Position numbers and translations under genes: made by a program | The notes under the pieces: generated by a model | What the model was told of the DNA's origin: nothing | The model's input: the letters and a program-made list of their open reading frames with translations, nothing else | Database searches by the model: none | In this document: in pieces, positions 8,813-19,887 of the stretch | How positions within the stretch are numbered: position 1 is the first letter of the stretch | Layout of the letters: each line of letters opens with the position of its first letter | Origin: Methylorubrum extorquens | Lineage (GTDB): Bacteria > Pseudomonadota > Alphaproteobacteria > Rhizobiales > Beijerinckiaceae | DNA: 32,000 nt | Reading direction: 5' to 3' | NCBI GenBank assembly: GCA_900234795.1 | Contig: LT962688.1 | Span: 630,001 to 662,000, forward strand

Positions 8813-8864
8813 GCGTCCGCTCCAGGCTCTGGCATCGTGTGAGGAGACATCGTCGGGCTGGGCG

Positions 8865-10583
8865 TCACTCGGCCGCCACGGCCCGCGGCTCCGGGAAGAG
8901 ATCGGGGAAGTACTTGATCACGGTGCTGACGGGGTTCGAGGCCGCCTGACCGAGACCGCAGATCGAGGCATCGCGCATGCACTGCGCCAGCTCGCCGAGG
9001 AGATCGGTGTCCCACACGCCGTTCTCCATCAGCATGCGGGCCTTCTGCGTGCCCGAGCGGCAGGGCGTGCACTGCCCGCAGGACTCGTCCTCGAAGAACT
9101 TCATCAGGTTCAACGCAGCACCGCGCACATCGTCCTGATCGGACAGGATCACGACCGCGGCCGAACCGATGAAGCAGCCGTATTTTTCCAGCGTGCCGAA
9201 ATCGAGCGGGATGTCGTTCATCGAGGCCGGCAGGATGCCGCCCGAGGCTCCGCCCGGCAGGTAGGCCGCGAAGCTGTGGCCGTCAGAGATGCCGCCGCAA
9301 TACTCGTCGATGAGTTCCTGGATGGTCAGGCCGGCGGGCGCGAGCTTGACGCCCGGCTCCTTGACCCGGCCCGAAACCGAGTAGGAGCGCAGGCCGACGC
9401 GGCCGTTGCGGCCATGGCTCTTCCACCATTCGGCGCCGCGCTCGATCAGGTCGCGCACCCAGAACAGCGTCTCGATGTTGTTGATCAGCGTCGGGCGGTT
9501 GAACAGGCCGACCTGGAACGGGAAGGGCGGCTTGTGCCGCGGCAGGCCGCGCTTGCCCTCCAGCGACTCGATCAGCGAGGATTCCTCACCGCAGATATAG
9601 GCGCCGGCCCCACGGCGCAGGTGGATGCGGGTGCCGCCCTCGGGGAGCTTCGCGATCTCGCGGGCCAGGATCTCGCGGGAGATCGGGTACTCGTCGCGCA
9701 GGTAGATGTAGACCTCGGCGGCCTCGACGACGTGGGCACCGATCAGCATGCCCTCAAGGAAGCGGTGCGGGTCGGTGTTGAGGTAGAGCTGGTCCTTGAA
9801 GGTGCCGGGCTCGCCCTCGTCGCCGTTGACCGCCATCAGCCGGGGGCCGGGCTCGCCGCGCACGGAGCGCCACTTGCGGCCGGTGGGGAAGCCAGCGCCG
9901 CCGAGGCCGCGCAGGCCGCCGTCGTCGAGCACCTTCAGCACGTCATCGACCGACAGTTCGCCGCTGCGCAGCCGCTCCAGGGTCGCGTAGCCGCCGCCGG
10001 CCCGGTAGGCGTCGTAATCGACGTAAGTGGGGATGTGGGCGTGGGTGTCCTCGGCCTCGACCGCCGCGCGCACGGAGGCGAGGTCGGCCCGGTGCAGGAA
10101 GTTGTGCCCGACCTCGACCGCCGGGGCGTGGTCGCACAGGCCGACACAGGGCGCGCGCACGACGCGGACCGCATCCGAGGCCAGTTCGCGCTGCAGCGTC
10201 TCCAGCAGCTCGTCGGCGCCGAACATCGCGCAGGTGATGCTGTCGCAGACCCGGATCGTCAGGCGCGGAATGTCGGCCTCACCCTCCTTCACCACATCGA
10301 AATGCGCGTAGAAGGTCGCGGTCTCGAACACCTCGGCGAAGGCGAGGCTCATCTCGTCGGCCAGCGCCGCGAGATGATCGGCGCTGATCTGGCCGTAGGT
10401 GTCTTGGATCAGGTGCAGGTGCTCGATCAGCAGGTCGCGCTGGCGCGAACGGGTGCCGAGCAGTTCCTCGATCTCGACCTTGGCGTGGGGATCGACCTGA
10501 CGCCCCTTCGGCACGGCGCGGGCGACGTTACGGCCACGGCCCGGATGCGCGAAGCTCCGGACAGTCCCACTTGCCTCACTCAT
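8865..10583 (-). CDS. fdh1B: Formate dehydrogenase beta (diaphorase) subunit, a fusion of NuoE-like 2Fe-2S and NuoF-like FMN/NAD/4Fe-4S domains
   Basis: 572 aa. The NuoE-like segment (VCDSITCAMFG...CVGLCDHAP) is followed by the NuoF-like GLRGLGGAGFPTGRKW, GEPGTFKD and ESCGQCTPCR motifs. It ends 52 nt upstream of the alpha gene. Confidence 0.95.
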   Translation of the reverse strand: MSEASGTVRSFAHPGRGRNVARAVPKGRQVDPHAKVEIEELLGTRSRQRDLLIEHLHLIQDTYGQISADHLAALADEMSLAFAEVFETATFYAHFDVVKEGEADIPRLTIRVCDSITCAMFGADELLETLQRELASDAVRVVRAPCVGLCDHAPAVEVGHNFLHRADLASVRAAVEAEDTHAHIPTYVDYDAYRAGGGYATLERLRSGELSVDDVLKVLDDGGLRGLGGAGFPTGRKWRSVRGEPGPRLMAVNGDEGEPGTFKDQLYLNTDPHRFLEGMLIGAHVVEAAEVYIYLRDEYPISREILAREIAKLPEGGTRIHLRRGAGAYICGEESSLIESLEGKRGLPRHKPPFPFQVGLFNRPTLINNIETLFWVRDLIERGAEWWKSHGRNGRVGLRSYSVSGRVKEPGVKLAPAGLTIQELIDEYCGGISDGHSFAAYLPGGASGGILPASMNDIPLDFGTLEKYGCFIGSAAVVILSDQDDVRGAALNLMKFFEDESCGQCTPCRSGTQKARMLMENGVWDTDLLGELAQCMRDASICGLGQAASNPVSTVIKYFPDLFPEPRAVAAE

Positions 10584-10646
10584 GACGCGACCTGTGTTCC
10601 AACTAATGGGGACGGAGGGACGGAAAAGTGCCGGGGAGTGGGGCGG

Positions 10647-10958
10647 TTACTGGCCGCCGAAGGCGCGCAGCGGTTGTCCCGCCTCGGAGCGCGTCCGCAT
10701 GGTGACCGCTCCCGATGCCTCGTCCAGCGAAGCGATACGGGGACCGACGACGGCGTCGAGTTCCGTCTCGAACGCGTCGAGCGCGGCGTTCAGTCGTTCC
10801 AGACGATCGGCGCCCGACGATCCGCCGCCTTCGGCTTCGAAAGCCTTCACCAGGACATCTCGAACCTGGGCGATCAATTCCTGCGTAAGCGGCGGCTTAG
10901 CTTGCGCGGCATAAGCATCCGTAACGGCGGCCGCGAGGCGGCTGACATCCATGATCAT
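10647..10958 (-). CDS. Small hypothetical protein (103 aa) immediately upstream of fdh1B on the same strand
   Basis: The ORF has coding-like GC3 and a helical, acidic composition (…LTQELIAQVRDVLVKAFEAEGG…LERLNAALDAFETELDAV…). It lies 63 nt upstream of fdh1B. I recognise no family, and it is not FdsD-like by eye. Confidence 0.5.
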   Translation of the reverse strand: MIMDVSRLAAAVTDAYAAQAKPPLTQELIAQVRDVLVKAFEAEGGGSSGADRLERLNAALDAFETELDAVVGPRIASLDEASGAVTMRTRSEAGQPLRAFGGQ

Positions 10959-11014
10959 GCCTGCACAGGGGTGGAATAGGGGAGGCTTTGCATATTCGCT
11001 CGCCTGAGTTGTAG

Positions 11015-11129
11015 GGGGCCCGGTCTGAAATCAGGCGATATAATGCAGGTATTACGTCAGATTGTCATTATATTAAACTGCATGTGGAGCATACCCCACC
11101 AGCGTTTCACGCTGCCTCGGGGCCCGGTC
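11015..11129. promoter_or_regulatory. AT-rich candidate divergent promoter/operator between the fdh operon and the K+ channel locus
   Basis: An 11-bp direct repeat GGGGCCCGGTC (11015..11025 and 11119..11129) flanks an AT-rich core. The core contains the dyad TATAATG (11039..11045) - N20 - CATTATA (11066..11072), which gives a TATAAT hexamer on each strand. Confidence 0.3.
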
Positions 11130-11263
11130 CCATCGCATCCAGGCGGCAAGACAGGGGTTGACGACGACAGCGACACCTCTGCCGCAAGCCAAGCCTGACG
11201 ATCCGACCTCGCCGCTGCATCTCCCCGCTCGCTGATGTCTCTGGCAACAGGGCTGGGACCACC

Positions 11264-11440
11264 ATGCGCCGTCAGTTGCCCAGGCGCCGTTCAGGCGCCA
11301 TGGAAACCCGCCTGTCGGAACGGGTTCTGGCGGCCTCGGGCGTGCCGCTGCCGGCGGCGATCAGCCTGCTGCGGTTGTCCCGGCCGACAGGCGACGCAAG
11401 AGGCTTCGTGGCCGGATACCTGCCGACACAGAGCTCATAG
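11264..11440 (+). CDS. Candidate 58-aa small ORF upstream of the K+ channel gene (below the ORF-track size cutoff)
   Basis: Hand translation gives MRRQLPRRRSGAMETRLSERVLAASGVPLPAAISLLRLSRPTGDARGFVAGYLPTQSS. Third codon positions are mostly G/C. The ORF ends 27 nt before the channel start. No recognisable family and no clear SD. Confidence 0.25.
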   Translation: MRRQLPRRRSGAMETRLSERVLAASGVPLPAAISLLRLSRPTGDARGFVAGYLPTQSS

Positions 11441-11467
11441 GCTCAGCTCCCTTCAGGCCGGCGATCC

Positions 11468-12238
11468 ATGGCAACTCTGACCGCAACGATACACGATCTG
11501 TACGAGGGCGAGACCAGACGGGCGCACCGCTTCCGCTACGCCCTGCTCGTGTTCGACGTGGCGACGATCGCCTTCGTCATAGTCACCTCGTTCTTGCCGC
11601 TGATGCCCTGGATCATCGCCTGCGACCTGATGCTGGGCGTATGCGTGCTGCTCGATTTTGCCGCCCGCCTCAGCATCAGCCGCGCCCCTGCGCGCGAGTT
11701 CCTGCACCTGAGCACCTGGACCGACGTGATCGCGATCGCCTCGTTCCTCGCCCCGGTGGTGGTCGAAGGCATCGGGTTCCTGCGCGTTCTGCGCACGCTG
11801 CGCCTGCTGCGCACCTATCATCTGTTGGAGCGACTGCGGAAGGACAGCAAGCTGTTCCGCCGCAACGAAGATGTCATTCTGGCCGCCACCAACCTGGTGG
11901 TGTTCGTCTTCACGATGACGGGTATTGTCTACGCGACGCAGCACAACACCAACCCGGCCATCCAGACGCCGATCGATGCGCTGTACTTCACGGTGACATC
12001 GCTGACGACGACGGGCTACGGCGATATCACCTTACCGGGGCCCACTGGGCGGCTGCTCTCGGTCTTCGTGATGATCTGCGGCGTAACGCTGTTCTTCCGT
12101 CTCGCTCAGGTGGTGTTCCGTCCCTACAAAGTGCGCTTCCCTTGCGACGCTTGCGGGCTGCAACGCCACGAGCCCGACGCCGTGCACTGCAAGGCCTGCG
12201 GCAACCTGATGAAGATCCCCGACGAGGGCGACGACTGA
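11468..12238 (+). CDS. Potassium channel (Kv-like: S4-type arginine repeat plus pore domain) with a C-terminal CxxC...CxxC zinc ribbon
   Basis: K+ selectivity filter TVTSLTTTGYGD. S4-like segment FLRVLRTLRLLRTYHLLERLRK with R at every third residue. C-terminal tail CDACGLQRHEPDAVHCKACG. Confidence 0.85.
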   Translation: MATLTATIHDLYEGETRRAHRFRYALLVFDVATIAFVIVTSFLPLMPWIIACDLMLGVCVLLDFAARLSISRAPAREFLHLSTWTDVIAIASFLAPVVVEGIGFLRVLRTLRLLRTYHLLERLRKDSKLFRRNEDVILAATNLVVFVFTMTGIVYATQHNTNPAIQTPIDALYFTVTSLTTTGYGDITLPGPTGRLLSVFVMICGVTLFFRLAQVVFRPYKVRFPCDACGLQRHEPDAVHCKACGNLMKIPDEGDD

Positions 12239-12403
12239 GCCCCAAGCCGCCTGCAAACGCGCGGAATGCGGGGATGACGGGTGATCCGCAAGGGGATCAG
12301 CAGCGGCCCCACGCACGGTTAAGCCGACGCGTTGCAAGCCTGAAGGATCATCTCGAAAGCCAGATTTTACCGTTCGGGGCAACGCCTTGCCGGCACCCGG
12401 CCC

Positions 12404-13430
12404 TCACGGGCACTCGTAGTGGAAGCGCCCGCCGGAAGTCGGCAGCTCGGCCAGGCGGTCGAGACCCCGCTCCATGTCGCGGGCACCCGCCTCCCAGCGA
12501 TCGCGGATCGAGGAGGGCGAAAAGTCGAAGCTTTTGGACGCGAGCTGGTCCGCGCCGGCCTGATGGACGACGTGCAAGAGCGTCGAGGTGGGGCCGTCCG
12601 GATCGAGCCGCTCGCGCAGGGCGTAGCTGCGCGCCAGTCCCGTCACCGCACGCCGGGCGGCGCTGGCGAAAATGAGATCATTGGCCCGTTCCAGCACGGC
12701 GTCGAGCGAGCGGGGCCGATCGGCCCGCAGCGAGAACAGGTCGAGGGCGATGCAGAGCAGGTCGCGGGTCGGCTCGGGCTCGAACAGCGGATCGAGGGGG
12801 AGGTTGTTGGTGTAGCCGGCATCGCACAGCATCCGGCCATCGATCTCGACCGGCGGGAACGCCGGCAGCAGGGGCCGCGCTGGCCAGGATGTGCTCGGGC
12901 TGGATCGCCTGGCGGGTGTTGTCGAAGAACACCTCCTCGCCGGTCGCCACGTCGATGCAAGCGATAGTGAGCCGGATCTCGGCCCGGTTCAGGCGTTCGA
13001 AATCGACCAGACGCTCGAGCGTGGCGCGCAGGGGCCTATGATCGAACAGGGCGACGTCGTTGGGCACCCAGGGCAGGGCCGACCACAGGCCGGGATAGCG
13101 GTGCGTGAAGATGCTGGGCCGCCCCCAGGCCAGCGTCAGGAGCGAGTGGAGGGCATTGTAGTACTGCCGCGGCTTCAGGAAATCGGTTCCGGAGAGGCCG
13201 GTATGCAGGGTCGCCTCGTTCCAGAACCGGTGAAGCCGCTCGATCCGGTCCTCCGGCGCGTTGCCGGCGATGATCGCCCCGGTGACGGCCCCCATCGAGG
13301 CGCCCACCAATCGGTCCGGCCGGATGCCGCGGGCCTGCAGAACCTCGAAGGCGCCCGCGTGATAGGCACCGAGCGCGTTGCCGCCGCCGAACACGATGGC
13401 GGTGTCGCGCGGTTGGGAGACTGTCTGCAT
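12404..13430 (-). pseudogene. Patatin-like phospholipase disrupted by a 1-nt frameshift (or a sequencing error)
   Basis: ORF 12678..13430 carries the oxyanion motif GGGNALG and the nucleophile motif GASMG. ORF 12404..12832 carries the Asp motif region (GRMLCDAGYTNNLPLD). Removing one C from the CCCC run (plus-strand GGGG at 12871..12874) restores ...EHILASAALLPAFPPVEIDGRMLCDAGY... The total span of 1027 nt equals 3n+1. Confidence 0.8.
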
Positions 13431-13655
13431 CGACGGAACGGACCTTTTTTCTTCGCGGTGGACCGAGCCAGACCGCGCCCGTTCGCAGGATCATCGTGGC
13501 CTCCCTCGCGCTCGGGCTAACCCGGCGGCCGGCCATCCTGTTCGATCAGCGACCGGTAAGCCCTCGCGGTTGGCGAGGGGCGGCGCCTCGGATGAACGGC
13601 CAGCCGGCCTGAATGCGCGCAGGCGTGTTGAGGGCGGACAGCGACCGAAGAGGGG

Positions 13656-13868
13656 TCACCTCCGTTCCGCCGCGAGGACGTGGGCCACGATCGCGTTGGC
13701 GTGTCCGTGACCCATTCCGTGGTCGGCCTTCAGCATCGCGACCAAGTCCATGTGCTTGGCCGGAAGCCTCTTCCGCACGATCTCCTGCCACTCGCCGATG
13801 GGACGCCCGTACGTCTTCTCGATGGAGGGAAAGTATGAGGCCGGTCCCTTGATCGGTTCAGCAGACAC
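13656..13868 (-). CDS. DUF4287 domain protein (70 aa)
   Basis: GTG-initiated ORF MSAEPIKGPASYFPSIEKTYGRPIGEW...KADHGMGHGHANAIVAHVL. It matches my memory of the DUF4287 signature (…IEKKTG… / GLGHGHANA). Confidence 0.75.
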   Translation of the reverse strand: MSAEPIKGPASYFPSIEKTYGRPIGEWQEIVRKRLPAKHMDLVAMLKADHGMGHGHANAIVAHVLAAERR

Positions 13869-14023
13869 GTCGAGACGGGCTCCGGGCGATGCGGATTGAG
13901 TGCGGTTCGGTCACAGACGGCCCGCACCGCAGAGCCATTTACAGGTTGATACGGATTGCGCGTCAACGCCCGCTCGGCCTCGATCGCGGCTCCTCGCGGG
14001 GGTCAGGCCGACCGGGTATCGCG

Positions 14024-17239
<3,216 letters not shown>

Positions 17240-17333
17240 CGCTTCCGACCAAGGTCAGACGCGATGCGTCCGGCGGACGCCCGCCGCCCCGCAGTCGCGG
17301 GGGCGACCCGCAATGAATTATCGCGGGTCGGTG

Positions 17334-18836
17334 TCACGCCTCGCCGAGCCCGTGCAGCCACCAGCGGCCGTTCGCCTGCATCGGGCCGTCGCGGAACAGC
17401 CAGAAGCGCTCGCCCGCCTCCGTCTCGACCCGGTAATAGTCGCGAGTGAGTTCGGCTTCCGCGTCCGCCACCCACCATTCGCCGAGGATCCGCTCCGGCC
17501 CGTCGGCCCGTGCGATCAGGTGGCGGGTGTTGCGCCAGACGAAGAACAGCGGCGGCGCATCGGGAATCTCGGCCATCGCCATGACCGGCTCCGGCGGCGC
17601 CAGAAGGCGGGCCGGGCGCGGCAGGTCCGTGGGCCAGAGCGCGCCGAGGGGGGCGGCCAGAGCCGACACGCGGCGCACCGCCCGCTCGGGCAGGTCGCTC
17701 TCCACGGGTGCCAGCCGGTAGACGCGGGCGGCGCCGAGGCGCACCAGCAGGGTATCGACCAGGGCGGCGAGATCCGGCGCCTGCGGGCCGGCGGCGAGAT
17801 GGGAATTCTGGCGCTCGGCCAGGGGCTCGACCCGCGAGGCGGAGAGCACCGCTTCCTCAATGCCGAAGCCGGGATCGATCAGAGAGAGCCGCTCAGTGAG
17901 CAACCGGGCGAGGTGGGTGGCGTCGCGGCTCGGCCCCGCCGTGCCGATTCGGATCGCCTGATCGAGGCGATCGACGCGGACGAAGACGAGATCGAGCCGG
18001 CGCGCGCCGAGGCCGCGACGCTCCAGTTCCGGCACGAGCCGGGCGCAGAGGTCGGCGACAACCCGTTCCAGGCTCTCGCGGGTGCCGACCGGCTCGGCGA
18101 AGCGCAGGACCACGCGGGGGGTCTCGGGTGCGGCGAGCGCCGTCAGCGGCTCCGGCGCGTGCCCGAGCGCCCGGTCGAGCCGGAACAGGATCTCGGCACC
18201 GAAACGCAGCCGCAAGGCCGCCCGCGGCTTGTCGCTGAGTTGGCCGATGCGGGCGAGGCCGACATCCTGAAGCGCCCGCACGGCCTCGGCGCCGAGCCGC
18301 AACGCCGCTACCGGCAGGGGGGCCAGCACCGGCGCCGCGTCGCCCGGTGGCACGATGCCCCCCTCGCCGAAGCGGGCCAGCCCCCAGGCGCAGCCCGGCG
18401 TGTCGGCGAGCGCGAGCCGCGCCGTGATGCCCGTCCGCTCCAGGCGGGCGGAGAGATCGGCGAGCAGGGGCGCCTCGCCGCCATGGAGATGGGCGGCGCC
18501 GGTGATGTCGATCACCAGCCCGTCGGGCGGGTCGAGGGCGACGATCGGCGCGTAGCGCTGGCACCACAGGCCGAGCCGCGCCAGGGCCGCCGCATCCGCC
18601 TCGGGATCGGCGGGCACGAGGTGCAGGCCCGGCACCAGCGCCCCGGCATGGGCCGCGCTCATGCCCGGTCGCAGGCCGAGGCGGCGGGCGGCGGCGTCCA
18701 CGCCGGCCAGAAGGCGCCGGGCACCGTCCTGCGCCACGGTGGCGAGCGGCTCATCCGGCGGCGCGGTGCTGGACCCGCTCCGGCGCAGCCGGTCGGTCGG
18801 CCAGGACGGCAGGTACAGCGAGACGACCCTGCGCAT
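17334..18836 (-). CDS. imuB: ImuB, Y-family polymerase-like protein of the SOS mutagenesis cassette
   Basis: The conserved N-terminus MRRVVSLYLPSWPTDRLRR begins at the ATG at 18836. The open frame extends to 18872. The gene lies between imuA and dnaE2. Confidence 0.9.
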   Translation of the reverse strand: MRRVVSLYLPSWPTDRLRRSGSSTAPPDEPLATVAQDGARRLLAGVDAAARRLGLRPGMSAAHAGALVPGLHLVPADPEADAAALARLGLWCQRYAPIVALDPPDGLVIDITGAAHLHGGEAPLLADLSARLERTGITARLALADTPGCAWGLARFGEGGIVPPGDAAPVLAPLPVAALRLGAEAVRALQDVGLARIGQLSDKPRAALRLRFGAEILFRLDRALGHAPEPLTALAAPETPRVVLRFAEPVGTRESLERVVADLCARLVPELERRGLGARRLDLVFVRVDRLDQAIRIGTAGPSRDATHLARLLTERLSLIDPGFGIEEAVLSASRVEPLAERQNSHLAAGPQAPDLAALVDTLLVRLGAARVYRLAPVESDLPERAVRRVSALAAPLGALWPTDLPRPARLLAPPEPVMAMAEIPDAPPLFFVWRNTRHLIARADGPERILGEWWVADAEAELTRDYYRVETEAGERFWLFRDGPMQANGRWWLHGLGEA

Positions 18837-19512
18837 CGCAAGCCTCCACGATCCAAGCCCCCGGCGCCCCACCGCGGCAGCGCTGCAAGTCGAGCCGCCA
18901 GCGCGGCCGGCCCATTCGACGGTTCGTTCCTTCCGAAGGGGCGGGCGCCACCCGCCAGCGGGTTCGCGCGGCGCTGGGCTCCGGCTCGACGGCCTCCCCC
19001 GCGCAGAGGCGGTGGACGACGAGCGCGGTGACGCCCGAGCCCTCCGCCGCGAGCTGGAGCCGGCGGGAGGGGGTGAGCGTCATGCGGGTCAATTCGCCGA
19101 CGACGCCGGCCAGTCCCCGATGGCGCAGGCCCTCCTCCATGGCGGGCAGCACCTCGGCATCCCGCCACGTCTCGCAATAGACCACCCGGTCGGGATGCAG
19201 CCCGACCCGGGCGAGCGCGGGAGCGAACAGATCGCGGCTGTGCAGGCACCACAGCACCGGCCCGTCGAGCCGGGCGAGGATGCCGCCGGCAAACAGCACG
19301 GCGCTAGCGGCGTAGCGCCCGCGCGGGCCGCCCTCATGGATCTGGTGGAGCGCCCCGAGGGCCAGCCCGCCACCGGGCAGAGCCGCGTCGAGCCCCGTCA
19401 CCCCGAAGGGGAGGGCGCGCGAATCCGCCGGTTCGCTGCCGGCCCCGGTGCGGTCCGTCAGGCGGCGAAGCGCATCCAGCGTCGGCACGTCGGGAGATCG
19501 GGGAGGAGGCAT
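18751..19512 (-). CDS. imuA: ImuA, RecA/SulA-like protein of the SOS mutagenesis cassette
   Basis: 253 aa with the typical ImuA N-terminal LPFGVTGLDAALPGGGLALGALHQIHEG. It is the first gene of the cassette, and a LexA box lies 37 nt upstream. Confidence 0.85.
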   Translation of the reverse strand: MPPPRSPDVPTLDALRRLTDRTGAGSEPADSRALPFGVTGLDAALPGGGLALGALHQIHEGGPRGRYAASAVLFAGGILARLDGPVLWCLHSRDLFAPALARVGLHPDRVVYCETWRDAEVLPAMEEGLRHRGLAGVVGELTRMTLTPSRRLQLAAEGSGVTALVVHRLCAGEAVEPEPSAARTRWRVAPAPSEGTNRRMGRPRWRLDLQRCRGGAPGAWIVEACDAQGRLAVPAVLADRPAAPERVQHRAAG

Positions 19513-19548
19513 GGGTGCGGGTTCAGGGGCTCGGGAGGGTGTCGATCA

Positions 19549-19563
19549 GAACAAACAGTGAAC
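19549..19563 (-). promoter_or_regulatory. Alphaproteobacterial LexA (SOS) box GTTC-N7-GTTC upstream of imuA
   Basis: The plus strand reads GAACAAACAGTGAAC, which is GTTCACTGTTTGTTC on the imuA strand. This is a perfect match to the GTTC-N7-GTTC direct-repeat LexA motif described for Alphaproteobacteria. It lies 37..51 nt upstream of the imuA ATG. Confidence 0.8.
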
Positions 19564-19887
19564 GCACCTGAGCTGTAACCCGTCAACCGCTCTCGCGCTG
19601 CCATCCCTGTTGAAAATGCGGATTTTATTCCGACCACACCCTTGACCCCGGATTGGTGAGGTCGGCGGTGCATCAAGCCCTGCACGCAAAGCGGGTGCGA
19701 CGGCTTATCTCACGCAAAAGCGCATGCCGACCCGACTTGAGCGCAACAAATCCAGGCGCTGTTGCCCATGAACGACAGACGTTTGCCCCCACCGTTCTAT
19801 CGTATTGTCTGCCGGGGACTTTGCCGGAGGTTATCGTATGGGATGCGCAATCTGCGTTTTTCCCGCGAGCCCTCTAGATTAATCAGG

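Noticed and set aside
6170-8842. Very long antisense ORFs opposite real genes. Examples are 6170..8842+, 8781..10979+, 3083..4213-, 3952..5493-, 13889..14824+, 15581..17449+, 15552..17252-, 17220..19031+, 24486..26135+, 29549..31210- and 30525..31619-.
   Set aside because: These are typical high-GC shadow ORFs. Their translations are R/G/A/P/D-rich with no recognisable motifs. Each is fully overlapped by a gene with unambiguous family signatures on the other strand or in another frame.
11235-11480. An 81-aa plus-strand ORF (MSLATGLGPPCAVSCPG...) upstream of the K+ channel
   Set aside because: The translation is Cys/Arg/Pro-rich and implausible. The alternative frame (11264..11440) has better coding character and is reported instead, at low confidence.
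13435-13459. GGAAC-N16-CGGT on the plus strand, resembling an EcfG promoter
   Set aside because: The highly conserved -10 CGTT is not matched. No plus-strand gene lies downstream, so the element would fire antisense to DUF4287. It also overlaps the patatin gene 5' region.
13540-13554. GTTC-N7-GACC, a possible second LexA box near DUF4287
   Set aside because: The second half-site has two mismatches, and the sequence lies downstream of the DUF4287 gene, not upstream. The only perfect box is at 19549..19563.
19458-19877. The ORFs 19458..19685- and 19653..19877+ in the imuA/response-regulator intergenic region
   Set aside because: They show no coding-like codon bias or motifs. One spans the imuA start and the LexA box. 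The region is treated as regulatory or untranslated.
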